From: Myxococcales bacterium
GTDB taxonomy: Bacteria > Myxococcota_A > Polyangia > Polyangiales > Polyangiaceae
Direction of reading: 5' to 3'
Length of the DNA: 64,000 nt
Assembly (NCBI GenBank): GCA_016720545.1
Contig: JADKKK010000003.1
Coordinates: 217,516 to 281,515 of the forward strand
Position numbers and translations under genes: made by a program. Every line of letters begins with the position of its first letter. The stretch's first letter is position 1. The notes under the pieces are model-generated. The model saw only the letters and a program-made list of their open reading frames with translations, did no database searches and was not told the DNA's origin. Of the stretch, positions 1-9,097 are shown piece after piece.

Positions 1-1104
1 CCCCCGGGCGGCGGGCTCAGCAACCCGGTCCAGTTCCGCGTCCAGTACGCCGCGCCGAACCTCGTCTCGCTCGCGCCCTCGAGCGCGATCGCGGGCTCGG
101 GCCCGGTGGTGGTCTCGCTGAACGGCTCGGCCTTCTACTCCGCGTCGCAGGTCTCGTTCGACGGCGTCGCGAGCACCACGACCTTCGTGTCGTCGAGCCA
201 GCTCCGCGCGACGCTCACGGCGGCGCAGCTCGCCACCGGGAAGGTCATCGCCGTGCGCGTGTCGACCCCGGCGCCCGGCGGCGGCACCTCCGCGGTGCAG
301 TCGTTCACGGTCCAGAACCCAGGGCCCACGCTCACGGGGCTCTCGCCGAGCACCGTCGCGGCGCGCTCCGCGGCGACCACCGTCACGCTCACGGGCAACG
401 GCTTCGTCACGGCGAGCCAGGTCCGCGCGAACGGCGCCGACATCGCCACCACGTTCGTCTCCGGGACTTCGCTCACCGCGCTCGTGCCGGCGAGCTTCCT
501 CCTGAACCCGGGGGCGGTGTCGATCACGGTGGCGAACCCGAACCCCGGCGGCGGGACGAGCGGCGCGTTCAACTTGAACGTCGCCTGCAACACGGCGGGC
601 GTGGACGTGGCCCTCGGCGCGATCGGGAACACCACTACGCTGAGCACGTCGTTCGCGGCGGCGCCCACCGCGGCGCGGCTCTTGGGCGCGGGCACCTGCC
701 CGGCTTCTCTCGCCACGACGAACCCCCAACCCGCCCGCTACTGGGTCGTGCAGAACACGGCGGGCGTGCCCATCGTGCTCTCGAGCTGGGCGGTATGCAC
801 CTCGGACGCCACCCGTGAGGACGACGCGTTCCTCACGTACTACCGGCGCAGCACGCGCCCGGCCACCGACGCCGAGCGCCAGGCGTGCACCGGCTTCATC
901 AGCGAGGGGCTCAGCGGCAACGGCGGCTACACGAGCCCAGAGGCCGGCGGCTCGGACTGGTGCCCAGGGCTCACGAAGTCGAACGGTGGAGCCATCGCGC
1001 TCGGCGTGTGCGAGACGGCCGTGGTGCACATTCAGCCGTGGAGCCTCACCAGCACGACCTACTCGCCGCCCGCGAGCGTCCGCCTCCGCCCCGAGGCCCC
1101 GTAG
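1..1104 (+). CDS. IPT/TIG-repeat (cell-surface Ig-like) domain protein, 5' partial
   Basis: The reading frame is open from base 1 and the annotated ATG at 106 is internal. It contains repeated ~80-aa units ('PTLTGLSPSTVAA...VTLTGNGF') typical of IPT/TIG repeats and a Cys-containing C-terminal domain. The stop is TAG at 1102-1104. Confidence 0.55.
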   Translation, partial: PPGGGLSNPVQFRVQYAAPNLVSLAPSSAIAGSGPVVVSLNGSAFYSASQVSFDGVASTTTFVSSSQLRATLTAAQLATGKVIAVRVSTPAPGGGTSAVQSFTVQNPGPTLTGLSPSTVAARSAATTVTLTGNGFVTASQVRANGADIATTFVSGTSLTALVPASFLLNPGAVSITVANPNPGGGTSGAFNLNVACNTAGVDVALGAIGNTTTLSTSFAAAPTAARLLGAGTCPASLATTNPQPARYWVVQNTAGVPIVLSSWAVCTSDATREDDAFLTYYRRSTRPATDAERQACTGFISEGLSGNGGYTSPEAGGSDWCPGLTKSNGGAIALGVCETAVVHIQPWSLTSTTYSPPASVRLRPEAP

Positions 1105-1136
1105 CGCTCGCGTAGCCCGGCTGCGCTGCCCACCAA

Positions 1137-1156
1137 GCCCGCCAAGCCCGGCGGGC
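1137..1156. terminator. GC hairpin (gcccgcc-N6-ggcgggc) between convergent genes
   Basis: This is a perfect 7-bp inverted repeat in the 150-bp gap between the convergent CDS 1..1104(+) and 1257..2276(-). Confidence 0.3.
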
Positions 1157-1256
1157 GGCGCAGGCGTGCGTCGCCGGGGTCGCGCCACGGCGGGCACACG
1201 CCGGACAGCGGCAAGTCGCTGGAACTACGTCACTATTCGGACCGCGGCGGACGGGC

Positions 1257-2276
1257 TCAGAACGTGCCGCCCACGCCGACCGAGCCCGGACCGAGGAGCG
1301 GGTGCCACTCGCGCGCGGGCGCCTTCGCCGCCTTCGGGGCCGGGCCGCGCTCCGGCTCCTGACCCGAGGTCATCACATAGGCCACCACGGTGAGCCCGCC
1401 CGCCAGGAGCGTGGCGCCCGCGAAGATGTCGGCCACGAGCGCCATGGTCTTCGTGCCGCTTCGCTGGCTGTCGATGTCGGCCTTCGTGGCGTTGGGCGTG
1501 GCGAGGGTCTTCTCGAAGGTCGAGTGCTTCGACGAGGTGACGATCGCGAACACCGCGGTCCCACCCGCCATGACGCCAGTCGCCGCGAGGCCTATGTAGA
1601 AGGGCGTGCGGCTCTTGGGCCGCATCACGGGCGCCTCGGGCGTGGGTCCCTTCGTGGCCACCACGCCACCGATCGGCTTCAGATCGAACTTCACCTCGAT
1701 CTGCTTTGCGCCGGCCACGTCGATCACCTTGGTCTCCGTCTGGTAGCCGGAGGCGGTCACCGAGATGCGCCGGCGCCCCGCGCTGACCAGCAGCGGCTGC
1801 GGCTCGGTGCGTGCCTCGTCGTCGACGGTGATCTCGACGGGCGACGTGGTGACCGCCACCGTGATCGTGAGCTGCGCCACGCGCTGCCTCAGCTTCGCCA
1901 GCTCGCCTTCGACCTCTTTGCGGCGCTCCGCGTCGATCTTGTCGCCACCCTCACGGAGGTACCGCTCGAACGAGCGCACCGCTCGCGCGTAGTCCTGGAG
2001 CTGGTAGAGGGTCTGTCCGAGGTTGTACTCGATGCGGTAGGACGGCGCCGCGGCGTTGGCGGCGCGGAACTCCGCGAGCGCCGCGTGAAAGTTCCCTTCC
2101 TTGTAGAGCTCGATGCCGCGTGCGAAGCGTGTGCGTCCCTCGTCGAGCCCGGCCGCCTGCGCGTGCGCAGAGCCCTCGGTGAGGGCGGCGTCGGCGAGGC
2201 CTCCCAGCACCCCAACCGTGGTGATCAGCATGGCCGCTGTGGCGGCGCGGCGCAGGCTGCGCGGGCGAGGCATCAT
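1257..2276 (-). CDS. TPR + PEGA-domain membrane-anchored protein
   Basis: It has an N-terminal signal ('MLITTVGVLGGLADA') and a TPR-like motif ('ELYKEGNFHAALAEFRAA...YNLGQTLYQLQDY'). A PEGA-like beta-sandwich follows ('ITVDDEARTEPQ...ISVTASGYQTETKVIDV') and then a TM segment. Its start codon overlaps the stop of the upstream kinase (ATGA at 2273-2276). Confidence 0.6.
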   Translation of the reverse strand: MMPRPRSLRRAATAAMLITTVGVLGGLADAALTEGSAHAQAAGLDEGRTRFARGIELYKEGNFHAALAEFRAANAAAPSYRIEYNLGQTLYQLQDYARAVRSFERYLREGGDKIDAERRKEVEGELAKLRQRVAQLTITVAVTTSPVEITVDDEARTEPQPLLVSAGRRRISVTASGYQTETKVIDVAGAKQIEVKFDLKPIGGVVATKGPTPEAPVMRPKSRTPFYIGLAATGVMAGGTAVFAIVTSSKHSTFEKTLATPNATKADIDSQRSGTKTMALVADIFAGATLLAGGLTVVAYVMTSGQEPERGPAPKAAKAPAREWHPLLGPGSVGVGGTF

Positions 2277-3904
2277 GGCGCGTAGGGGTCTTTCTCGTCG
2301 AGCGCCCTCGCCGACGGCTTCGTCGTGGGCGTGGGCGCGGCGACCGTGGTTGCGGCGGGGCCGGAATGCGCGACGGTGGGGGCCGGAGCGCCGACCCGCG
2401 GCACGCCCGCACCGGGCACGAACACGTGCCCGTGCGGAGTCGCGGGGGCGGCCTGGGCCGCGACCGAGGCCGACGGTGTGGGCGTGGGCGCCGCCGTCAG
2501 CGCCGACGCCGGCGTCGCCGGCACAGTCGCGGGCGCCGCCGAGGGGGGGGGCGGTGCGGGCGGCTGCGTCGCAGCCTGGGGACCACCCGCGCGGCCCTGC
2601 GCGTGCACCACGTAGGCGGCGACGCCGAAGCCCACCGCGACGGCCGCGGCGACGGCGACCACGACCGGCAGCGAGCGGCCGGGCCGCGGCTCGGGCAGCG
2701 AGATGCGCGAGGTGGCGTCCGACGGCACGACGACGGGTGGCTGCGCGAACGTGCGCGACTCGCCGCTCGTGGGGGCCGGCTCCGCGGGCTCGGTCGAGAT
2801 GCGAGGCACGGAGTGCGGGCCGGAGCTCGAGACCGCGTGCGACCCCGTGGTGAAGAGCGAGCTGCGGATGCCGCTCATGCCGTTGTCCGTCACGCGCTGC
2901 TCGATGAGCGCACGGAGCTGCTCACGCTCGGGCGCGAACGCATCGCGCAGCGCCTTCGCCCACGTCTTGCGCGGCGGCTCACCGTGCTTGCGGAGCCAGC
3001 CTTCGAGCGCGATTTGAAACTCCGACGGGGTCGGGAAGCGGTTCGCCGGCTTCGTGGCCATGGCGCGATCGCAAATCGCGGCGAGCTCCGGATCGACCTC
3101 CGGCACGATCTCGGCGATCTTCGGATCGCTGCCGTCGATGCGGCGCGTGAGCACGTCGCGCGCCGACGCGCCCTCGGCGAACCGCCGCCCGGCGATGGCC
3201 TCCCAGAGAATGACGCCCACGGAGAACACGTCGGCGCGTCCGTCGACGGCGCCGAGGCTCGCCTGCTCCGGCGACATGTAGCCGACCTTGCCTTTGAGCA
3301 CGCCGGCCTGGGTCATCTGGCTCGCCGCGGCGCTCTTGGCGATGCCGAAGTCGACGAGCTTCACGCGCCCGTCGTAGCCCACCAGGATGTTGTGGGGTGT
3401 GACGTCGCGGTGGACGATGCCGAGGACGGTGCCGTCGTAGTCGGCGAGGTTGTGGGCGTAGTCGAGACCCTCGAGCACGTCGCAGAGCACGCGCACGTAG
3501 GCGGTCAGCGGGAACTGCTCGGGCGCGACGCGCCGCCGCACCCGCGTGATCGGCTGCCCCTCGACGTACTCCATCGCGAGCATCAGCCGCCCCTGCGTGT
3601 CGTCGACCTCGAAGGTCTGGACCACGTTCGGGTGGTGGATGCGCGCGGCGAGGCGCGCCTCGTCGAGGAACATCGCGCGGAAGTCCTCGTCCTGCTCCAT
3701 GCTCTCTTTGAGCATCTTCAGTACGCAGAGCTTCCGGAAGCCCTCCGGGCCGTCGGCGATCGCGAGGTACACGTCGGCCATGCCGCCGTGGCCGAGCGCG
3801 CCCAACAGGCGGTACTTGCCTAGCGACGCGGCCAGGGACAGATCGAACGCCTCGAGGGGCTTGATCTGACCTGTCTCCTCGGGGCGGCGGTTCGGCTGGC
3901 TCAT
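2273..3904 (-). CDS. Ser/Thr protein kinase (Hanks-type) with C-terminal TM and Ala/Pro-rich extracytoplasmic tail
   Basis: The kinase subdomains are all present ('LGHGGMADVYLA', 'VLK', 'HRDVTPHNILV', 'DFGIAK', 'GYMSPEQ'). The start ATG at 3904 was checked to be in frame. The 253-aa N-terminal extension of track ORF 2273..4663 is rejected because it overlaps the upstream lipoprotein gene in another frame. Confidence 0.8.
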   Translation of the reverse strand: MSQPNRRPEETGQIKPLEAFDLSLAASLGKYRLLGALGHGGMADVYLAIADGPEGFRKLCVLKMLKESMEQDEDFRAMFLDEARLAARIHHPNVVQTFEVDDTQGRLMLAMEYVEGQPITRVRRRVAPEQFPLTAYVRVLCDVLEGLDYAHNLADYDGTVLGIVHRDVTPHNILVGYDGRVKLVDFGIAKSAAASQMTQAGVLKGKVGYMSPEQASLGAVDGRADVFSVGVILWEAIAGRRFAEGASARDVLTRRIDGSDPKIAEIVPEVDPELAAICDRAMATKPANRFPTPSEFQIALEGWLRKHGEPPRKTWAKALRDAFAPEREQLRALIEQRVTDNGMSGIRSSLFTTGSHAVSSSGPHSVPRISTEPAEPAPTSGESRTFAQPPVVVPSDATSRISLPEPRPGRSLPVVVAVAAAVAVGFGVAAYVVHAQGRAGGPQAATQPPAPPPPSAAPATVPATPASALTAAPTPTPSASVAAQAAPATPHGHVFVPGAGVPRVGAPAPTVAHSGPAATTVAAPTPTTKPSARALDEKDPYAP

Positions 3905-3939
3905 GGGGCTCGGTTCGCAGGGCGTTGGGCGGGGAGCGA

Positions 3940-4956
3940 TCAGGGCGGCGAGGGGAACACGGCCACGGAGGTGGCGGCGCCGGCGCGGATGAGGGTTCGC
4001 GTCGAGCCAATGCGCTTCCCGCTGTCGGCCCACTCCGCCGTGAACGTGTGGAACCCCGGCGGAATATTGATGAAGCCGGCGCGCCCGAGCGGATCGGTCT
4101 TCTTGTCCGCGCCAATCTCGGGGGTCGAGCCGATGATGTAGAAAGGCACGAGCAGCGGGTCGAGGGCGGTCGTGGTGAAGCGCACCCCGGAGAGCGGGTT
4201 GTTGTTGCAGTCGCGCGCGAACACGAAGACCAGCGCGTGGTTCACCGAGTCGTACGCGTTCGGTTTCCCGAGCGCCGTGTCGGCCAGATACGAGATCTCC
4301 TGGGGGCGCAGCATGAGCTGGAGGAAGTCGGTCTTGGGGGCCCGCAGCGGGGGCGACGTGTAACGGAACGTCGGCGCGTAGGCGCCGGACTTCACTTCGA
4401 AGAAGCCCTCGAAGCCGTACTCCACAGTCGCCGCAACCCAGCCCTCGGCGGTGGGCACCACGAAGCCCGCGCCCGCCTCGGGGCCGGCGTCCGCGGGGCC
4501 GCCAGCGTCGAGGTTGCGAGGGTTGTTGCACTGGTTGTCGGTCGAGGCGCAGAGACGGACCCCGACGCCCGTGGGCGGGATGCCGTTCGTGTAGTCGAGG
4601 TACTGGATCGACACGTCGACCTTGCGCGACGGATCCGGGTTGATCGCCGGAAGCGTCGCGCACGCGAACGGGTCGATGGCGGCGTCGGCAGCGTCGGGTG
4701 CGGCGTCCGGCGCGGCCGCGTCGGCGGGTGGGGCCGCGTCAACCTCGGGGCCCGCGACGCACAGGCTCTCGAGCGAGCAGCGGGTGTTCTCGAACCCTGC
4801 GCCTCGCGCGCGGCACTCGTCGTCCGACTTGCACTGCTCCTTGCTGGTCGAGAAGAGGAGCGAGCACGCGGAGTTGAGCGTCGCAAACCCAACGAACGCC
4901 GCGGCGAGGGCCGGGACGGTCGCTTTGGAGAGGTGAAGAATCCGACCGCGCACCAT
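3940..4956 (-). CDS. Secreted lipoprotein, hypothetical
   Basis: The internal ATG at 4956 gives a lipobox-containing signal peptide ('MVRGRILHLSKATVPALAAAFVGFATLNSAC'). It is Cys-containing and Asp/Ala-rich, and lies 35 bp upstream of and co-directional with the kinase. Confidence 0.55.
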   Translation of the reverse strand: MVRGRILHLSKATVPALAAAFVGFATLNSACSLLFSTSKEQCKSDDECRARGAGFENTRCSLESLCVAGPEVDAAPPADAAAPDAAPDAADAAIDPFACATLPAINPDPSRKVDVSIQYLDYTNGIPPTGVGVRLCASTDNQCNNPRNLDAGGPADAGPEAGAGFVVPTAEGWVAATVEYGFEGFFEVKSGAYAPTFRYTSPPLRAPKTDFLQLMLRPQEISYLADTALGKPNAYDSVNHALVFVFARDCNNNPLSGVRFTTTALDPLLVPFYIIGSTPEIGADKKTDPLGRAGFINIPPGFHTFTAEWADSGKRIGSTRTLIRAGAATSVAVFPSPP

Positions 4957-5131
4957 TCGTTTTTCGCGCCCGCTTTTCTCGGAGTGAACCGCGCGAGAGA
5001 GTAGAAATCGAATCTCCCCACCCGCGCCTTGAAAAGCATACCTGTCGCGCACGTGGGCCGCCATCATGCAACGTCACTTCCTTGTGACTTCTGTCGCACT
5101 GCGTTGTTACCTGCCTCCGCCAAGGGACCCC

Positions 5132-6016
5132 ATGACCGTGAATCGCGAAGGTTTCCGAGATCCTACGTTTCCCGCGGCGCTCGACGCCGCCGTGGCCGGC
5201 CGCGTTGACGCGCTGTACCACCTGCTCGCGAAGCTCTCGGGGCTGCCCGGGACGCGCATCAACGCGGGCATGGTGGAGGCCTTCGCCGTCGAGGCGGGCG
5301 CGCGCGGCAAGAAGGTGGACGCGCTGCTGCGCGCGATGGTGCTGCTGGACGCTGACGTGGCGCCCGGCGGCTCCGCTCACGAGATCGTCCCCGTGTGCGC
5401 GGTACACGCGCTCGGCGTGCGAGGCGCGACCGACGCGAAGGCGCGGCCCTTCGCGGTCGAGCACCTGCACGCGGCCTGCGACGATCTCCGATTTCGCGTG
5501 CGCGACGCGGTGCCCGTGGCGCTCGCGCGCATCGGCGCGAAGGCGGGCGACGAGCTCGTCGGCGAGCTCGCGCCGTACATGGACGGCTACTTCCACGCCA
5601 CCGCCGCGCTGCTCGCCCTCGCGCTCCCGTCGTTCCTCGACATGACACGCGACGCGGCCACCGTGGTCGCTCGACTGACCGAGGGCTTCGAGCTCGTCCT
5701 GCGCGCGCCACGCTCGGCGTCACGGTACCCGGGCCACAAGGCGCTCATGGAGGCGCTCGCGGCGGTGCCCGTGCGCCTCGCGGCGCGCTACCCGGCCGAG
5801 ACCGTGGCAGAGGTCGATCGGTGGGCCGCGGTGAAAGATCCGGCGCTGCGCGACCTCGCGCTCCGCGTGGCGAAGGGCATCCGGGCGCGGCACGGCGAGG
5901 AGGCGGAGCGCATTCGCGCGTCGCTCGAGCGCACGCGCCCCGCGCCGCGCGACCCCACGATCATCGTGCACGGCACGCGCGGACGCGGGAAGAAGCGCGG
6001 GCTCTCGAGCACGTAG
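5132..6016 (+). CDS. Alpha-helical (HEAT/ARM-like) repeat protein, possibly DNA alkylation repair (AlkD-like) family
   Basis: The start is taken at the ATG giving 'MTVNREGFRDP'. The whole protein is helical repeat with no signal peptide. The functional assignment is a weak pattern-level guess. Confidence 0.45.
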   Translation: MTVNREGFRDPTFPAALDAAVAGRVDALYHLLAKLSGLPGTRINAGMVEAFAVEAGARGKKVDALLRAMVLLDADVAPGGSAHEIVPVCAVHALGVRGATDAKARPFAVEHLHAACDDLRFRVRDAVPVALARIGAKAGDELVGELAPYMDGYFHATAALLALALPSFLDMTRDAATVVARLTEGFELVLRAPRSASRYPGHKALMEALAAVPVRLAARYPAETVAEVDRWAAVKDPALRDLALRVAKGIRARHGEEAERIRASLERTRPAPRDPTIIVHGTRGRGKKRGLSST

Positions 6017-6046
6017 GTCCACGGGCCGGGTCTTCCCGCGCTGCTT

Positions 6047-6763
6047 TCAGCGGAGGATCTCGAGCGCGCGCGCGAGGTGCCCGCCGGCCCTGCGCGCCAG
6101 CGGCCTCGCCGCGAACGCGAGCGCAGCGCCCGCCGGCACGTCGACGAGAAAGTGCCGCTTGCACAGCACGGTCGACGCGGCGATCCCGAGGGCGAGCGCG
6201 ATGGGCACGGGCGACCAGCGCCGCGCGTGGTCCCAGAAGAACGACGCGACGAACACGCTGTAAGCCACATGCATGCTGGGGAACGCGTTGAAGCCCTGGT
6301 CGGAGCGGTACATGAGGTCGAGCGCGGCGCAGTCGGCGCTCGTGCAGGCGGCCAGCGAGGGCTGGGTCATCTGCGAGGGCAAGAGCGCGAAGAACGCGAA
6401 CCCTACGATCGCGAGCGTCAGGTACCCAGCGAACGCCTCGTAGAGCAGCGCGCGGTCGCGGCGCGTGACGAGGTGGATGGAGACCGTGAGCGGGAAGTAC
6501 GCGTAGTAGACCCACACGAGCGGCACCACGAGGGGCAAGGCGGCGTCGAGCGACGTGGCGGGGCGGAAGAGCGCGCTCGGTGCCAGCGCGGCGTTGCGCC
6601 CGTCCAGGCCCGAGTAGAGGCCCACCATCGCCGCCATCGAGAGGACCGTCACCACGAACGCCTCACGGAGCGACGGCCGCGCCCCCTCGCGCGCGAGCGC
6701 CGGGTACTCGGCGGCCTGCGTGAGCGGGATCGTGCGAGGCGCGCGAAGGGAGATGGGCTGCAT
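6047..6763 (-). CDS. PAP2-family membrane phosphatase
   Basis: It has multiple TM segments and the PAP2 motifs 'SMHVAYS' and 'CKRHFLVDV'. Alternative upstream ATGs exist at 6787 and 6799. Confidence 0.6.
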   Translation of the reverse strand: MQPISLRAPRTIPLTQAAEYPALAREGARPSLREAFVVTVLSMAAMVGLYSGLDGRNAALAPSALFRPATSLDAALPLVVPLVWVYYAYFPLTVSIHLVTRRDRALLYEAFAGYLTLAIVGFAFFALLPSQMTQPSLAACTSADCAALDLMYRSDQGFNAFPSMHVAYSVFVASFFWDHARRWSPVPIALALGIAASTVLCKRHFLVDVPAGAALAFAARPLARRAGGHLARALEILR

Positions 6764-6936
6764 GACCTCCCCTGAAGCAGTGACCATGCCGGGCCTCACC
6801 AGGCGACACGAACAAGCAATTTCATACAGTTACAGAAGAGCCTGCGCTCCGATCTGTATAATGGTTGAACCAGTGCAAGTAACCAAGTGTTCGCGCGTAG
6901 CGCGGGTAGCACCTGGGCGGACGCGCCCAAAGCACG

Positions 6937-6965
6937 AAGCCCCGCCCCCTCGAGAGGGGCGGGGC
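6937..6965 (-). terminator. Intrinsic-terminator-like GC hairpin 22 nt downstream of the Tat-protein gene
   Basis: An 11-bp perfect stem ('agccccgcccc...ggggcggggct') with a T-rich tail on the minus strand sits in a low-GC intergenic region, upstream of the PAP2 gene. Confidence 0.35.
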
Positions 6966-6986
6966 TCGGTCGATATCGCCGCGAGC

Positions 6987-8369
6987 TCAGATGACGACGG
7001 TGTTCGTGATGCCGCTCAGATCGCCGCGGAACGGCGAAGCGCGGCTGTCGCCCTTCGCGACCGCGTAGCACACCGCGGCGGCCGCGGCCTGACCCGTCGT
7101 GGCCTCGACATAGGGGGCCGTGTTGCCCGTGGCGGGATCCCACCCGTCCACCTGGTTGTCCGCCGCGCCGAGGCCGCCGAACCAGCCGGTCTTGAGGAAG
7201 CCGGCGCCGTAGGTGATGAGCATGTTGGACGCCATCGCCGTGCCGTCCGGCCAGCCGCTGCGGTTCGTGAACGACTTGCAGGTGTCGCCGTAGACGCACC
7301 ACACGAGGCTGTCGAGGATGGTCTTGGTGCTCGACGCAGGGTCGGGCATCGACTTGGCCATCGTGAACATGCCGTTCAGGATGTCGCTCATCGACTTGGC
7401 GACGAGCTCGGCGTTCGCGTCACCGTTCGCGAACATTTGGTGAGGATCGTTGCGGAAGCCCGAGATGCAGACCCCCGAGCTCAGGCCCAGCGCGAAGGCC
7501 TTCAGCGCGGTGATGGTGGCCTGACCGATGTTCATCGCGGCCGCGGGCAGGCCGGGGTTGTTGAGGCCGAACATCGCGAGGTCCGCGGTCGTCGGCCGGA
7601 GCTGATCGGAGAGGTTCTTCCCGAGGAGGTTCATCGACACCTTGCCGGTGTCGAGCCCTCGCGACATGGTCGCCCGCCCCGCGGCGGCGTTCAGGTTGAG
7701 GAAGGCCTTGTAGTACGACTCCGCGAGGGCGGCGTTCTTCGGGGTGGCCAGCAGGGTCTTCGACGCGTTGCTGTTGAAGAGGTCGACCATGCCGCCCGCG
7801 TTGGCGACGACGGCCGGCGCGGGCGCGCCGTCGGCTGTGCCGAAGGTGATGTTGCCGACCGTGATGAACGGCAGCAGCGTGGGCACCTTCTGCTGGATGG
7901 CGGCCGCGTTGGCGAGCAGGCTGCCCGCGCCGCCGAGGGTGGAGGTCGTGACCGGCGAGCCCGTGTGGGTCTCGTTGCGGCCGGCGAGGAACGCCGTGAA
8001 GGGGAACTTCGCCGACTTGATGGCGTTCGCCATCTCGGGCGCCACGTACATCGGCTTGTTGGACCCGTCGACCTTGAGGGCCTTGCCCATCGCGTGGAAC
8101 GGGAAGGCCGGGTTGTTCCCGGTGGCGATGCGCGTCTGCGGAAACAGGAGCTGCATGTTGGCGAGCCCGCCGTTCGCCTCCAGCTGGAAAATGCTGAACG
8201 CGGTCGGGCGAATGCCCGCCGAGTCGGCGAGCGCGCTACCCGCGGTGTCGTTCAGCACGTCGAGCAGCTTCGAGCGCTCGAGGCCGATGGCCGCGGCGAG
8301 CACCGTCGACCACTTGATGAAATCGCGCCGGCTCGAACCCCGGAGATCTTTGAGTCGTTCATCGATCAT
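6987..8369 (-). CDS. Tat-exported protein, DUF1552/DUF1501-like
   Basis: It has a twin-arginine signal ('SRRDFIKWSTVLAAAIGL') and is ~460 aa. It is the last gene of a four-gene minus-strand operon with the heme-motif lipoproteins upstream. Confidence 0.65.
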   Translation of the reverse strand: MIDERLKDLRGSSRRDFIKWSTVLAAAIGLERSKLLDVLNDTAGSALADSAGIRPTAFSIFQLEANGGLANMQLLFPQTRIATGNNPAFPFHAMGKALKVDGSNKPMYVAPEMANAIKSAKFPFTAFLAGRNETHTGSPVTTSTLGGAGSLLANAAAIQQKVPTLLPFITVGNITFGTADGAPAPAVVANAGGMVDLFNSNASKTLLATPKNAALAESYYKAFLNLNAAAGRATMSRGLDTGKVSMNLLGKNLSDQLRPTTADLAMFGLNNPGLPAAAMNIGQATITALKAFALGLSSGVCISGFRNDPHQMFANGDANAELVAKSMSDILNGMFTMAKSMPDPASSTKTILDSLVWCVYGDTCKSFTNRSGWPDGTAMASNMLITYGAGFLKTGWFGGLGAADNQVDGWDPATGNTAPYVEATTGQAAAAAVCYAVAKGDSRASPFRGDLSGITNTVVI

Positions 8370-8381
8370 GACGGTCCTCCT

Positions 8382-9080
8382 TCACTCGCAGGTGTGCGCG
8401 GCGGCGAGCAGCGCGGCGACGGCGATTCGCTGCCCGTCGGTGGGGTTGTCGGCCTGGGCGACGAGATCGTCGGCCAGCGCCAGGTGCGCGGGCTTCGCGG
8501 GCTTGCCAATGAGGCACGACACGCCGTCTTTCGTGAACTTCCCGTTCTCGAGGAGCTTCACGCCGGGGCAGCCTGGAGGCGCCCAGTCCGGCTTCACGAC
8601 GTCGGCCGAGACCGACGCGTAGATGTCGAACGCCTTCCCCATGGACGAGGTCGACGAGAACGGCGCCTCGGGGATGCGGCCCGTGTAGTTCGGCCCACCG
8701 AGCGCGGCGGCGTTCGCCGCGTTCGTCACGAGCCCTTGGTTCTGCGTGGACGCGCCGCGGCTCTTCAGCAGGTTGCCCATGCCGCGGAGGGTCAGCTTGC
8801 CGCACGCGTGCATCCGCGCGGAGGCGACGGCGCCGCCCGCGGCCGCTGTCTCGAGGGCGCGCTGCCCCGGATCGGGCTGGGGGCCATCGACCACACCCGC
8901 GGGGTCGTTCACGTGGTTGAACGTGCCCTCTTCACCGCCAGCGGCGGTGCGGTTCGGGTCGTTCGCGTAGCCGGCGCCGGCGCCGGGGTTCAGCTGGTCG
9001 CCGGCCTCGCCGCAGCCCGCGAGCGCGAGCGCCGCGAGGACCGTGGTCACGGAGGCAAAGGTGAGTGCGTTTGGCTTCAT
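8382..9080 (-). CDS. Lipoprotein, hypothetical
   Basis: The internal ATG gives 'MKPNALTFASVTTVLAALALAGC' (a lipobox). Track ORF 8382..10415 is a fusion of this gene with an unrelated upstream frame. Confidence 0.55.
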   Translation of the reverse strand: MKPNALTFASVTTVLAALALAGCGEAGDQLNPGAGAGYANDPNRTAAGGEEGTFNHVNDPAGVVDGPQPDPGQRALETAAAGGAVASARMHACGKLTLRGMGNLLKSRGASTQNQGLVTNAANAAALGGPNYTGRIPEAPFSSTSSMGKAFDIYASVSADVVKPDWAPPGCPGVKLLENGKFTKDGVSCLIGKPAKPAHLALADDLVAQADNPTDGQRIAVAALLAAAHTCE

Positions 9081-9097
9081 GGCTGGACTCCTTCCCT

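Noticed and set aside
2273-4663. 796-aa extent of the first kinase ORF
   Set aside because: The N-terminal 253 aa are Arg/Pro-rich junk that overlaps the upstream lipoprotein gene in another frame. The kinase begins at the internal ATG (3904), which is in frame and gives a normal N-terminus.
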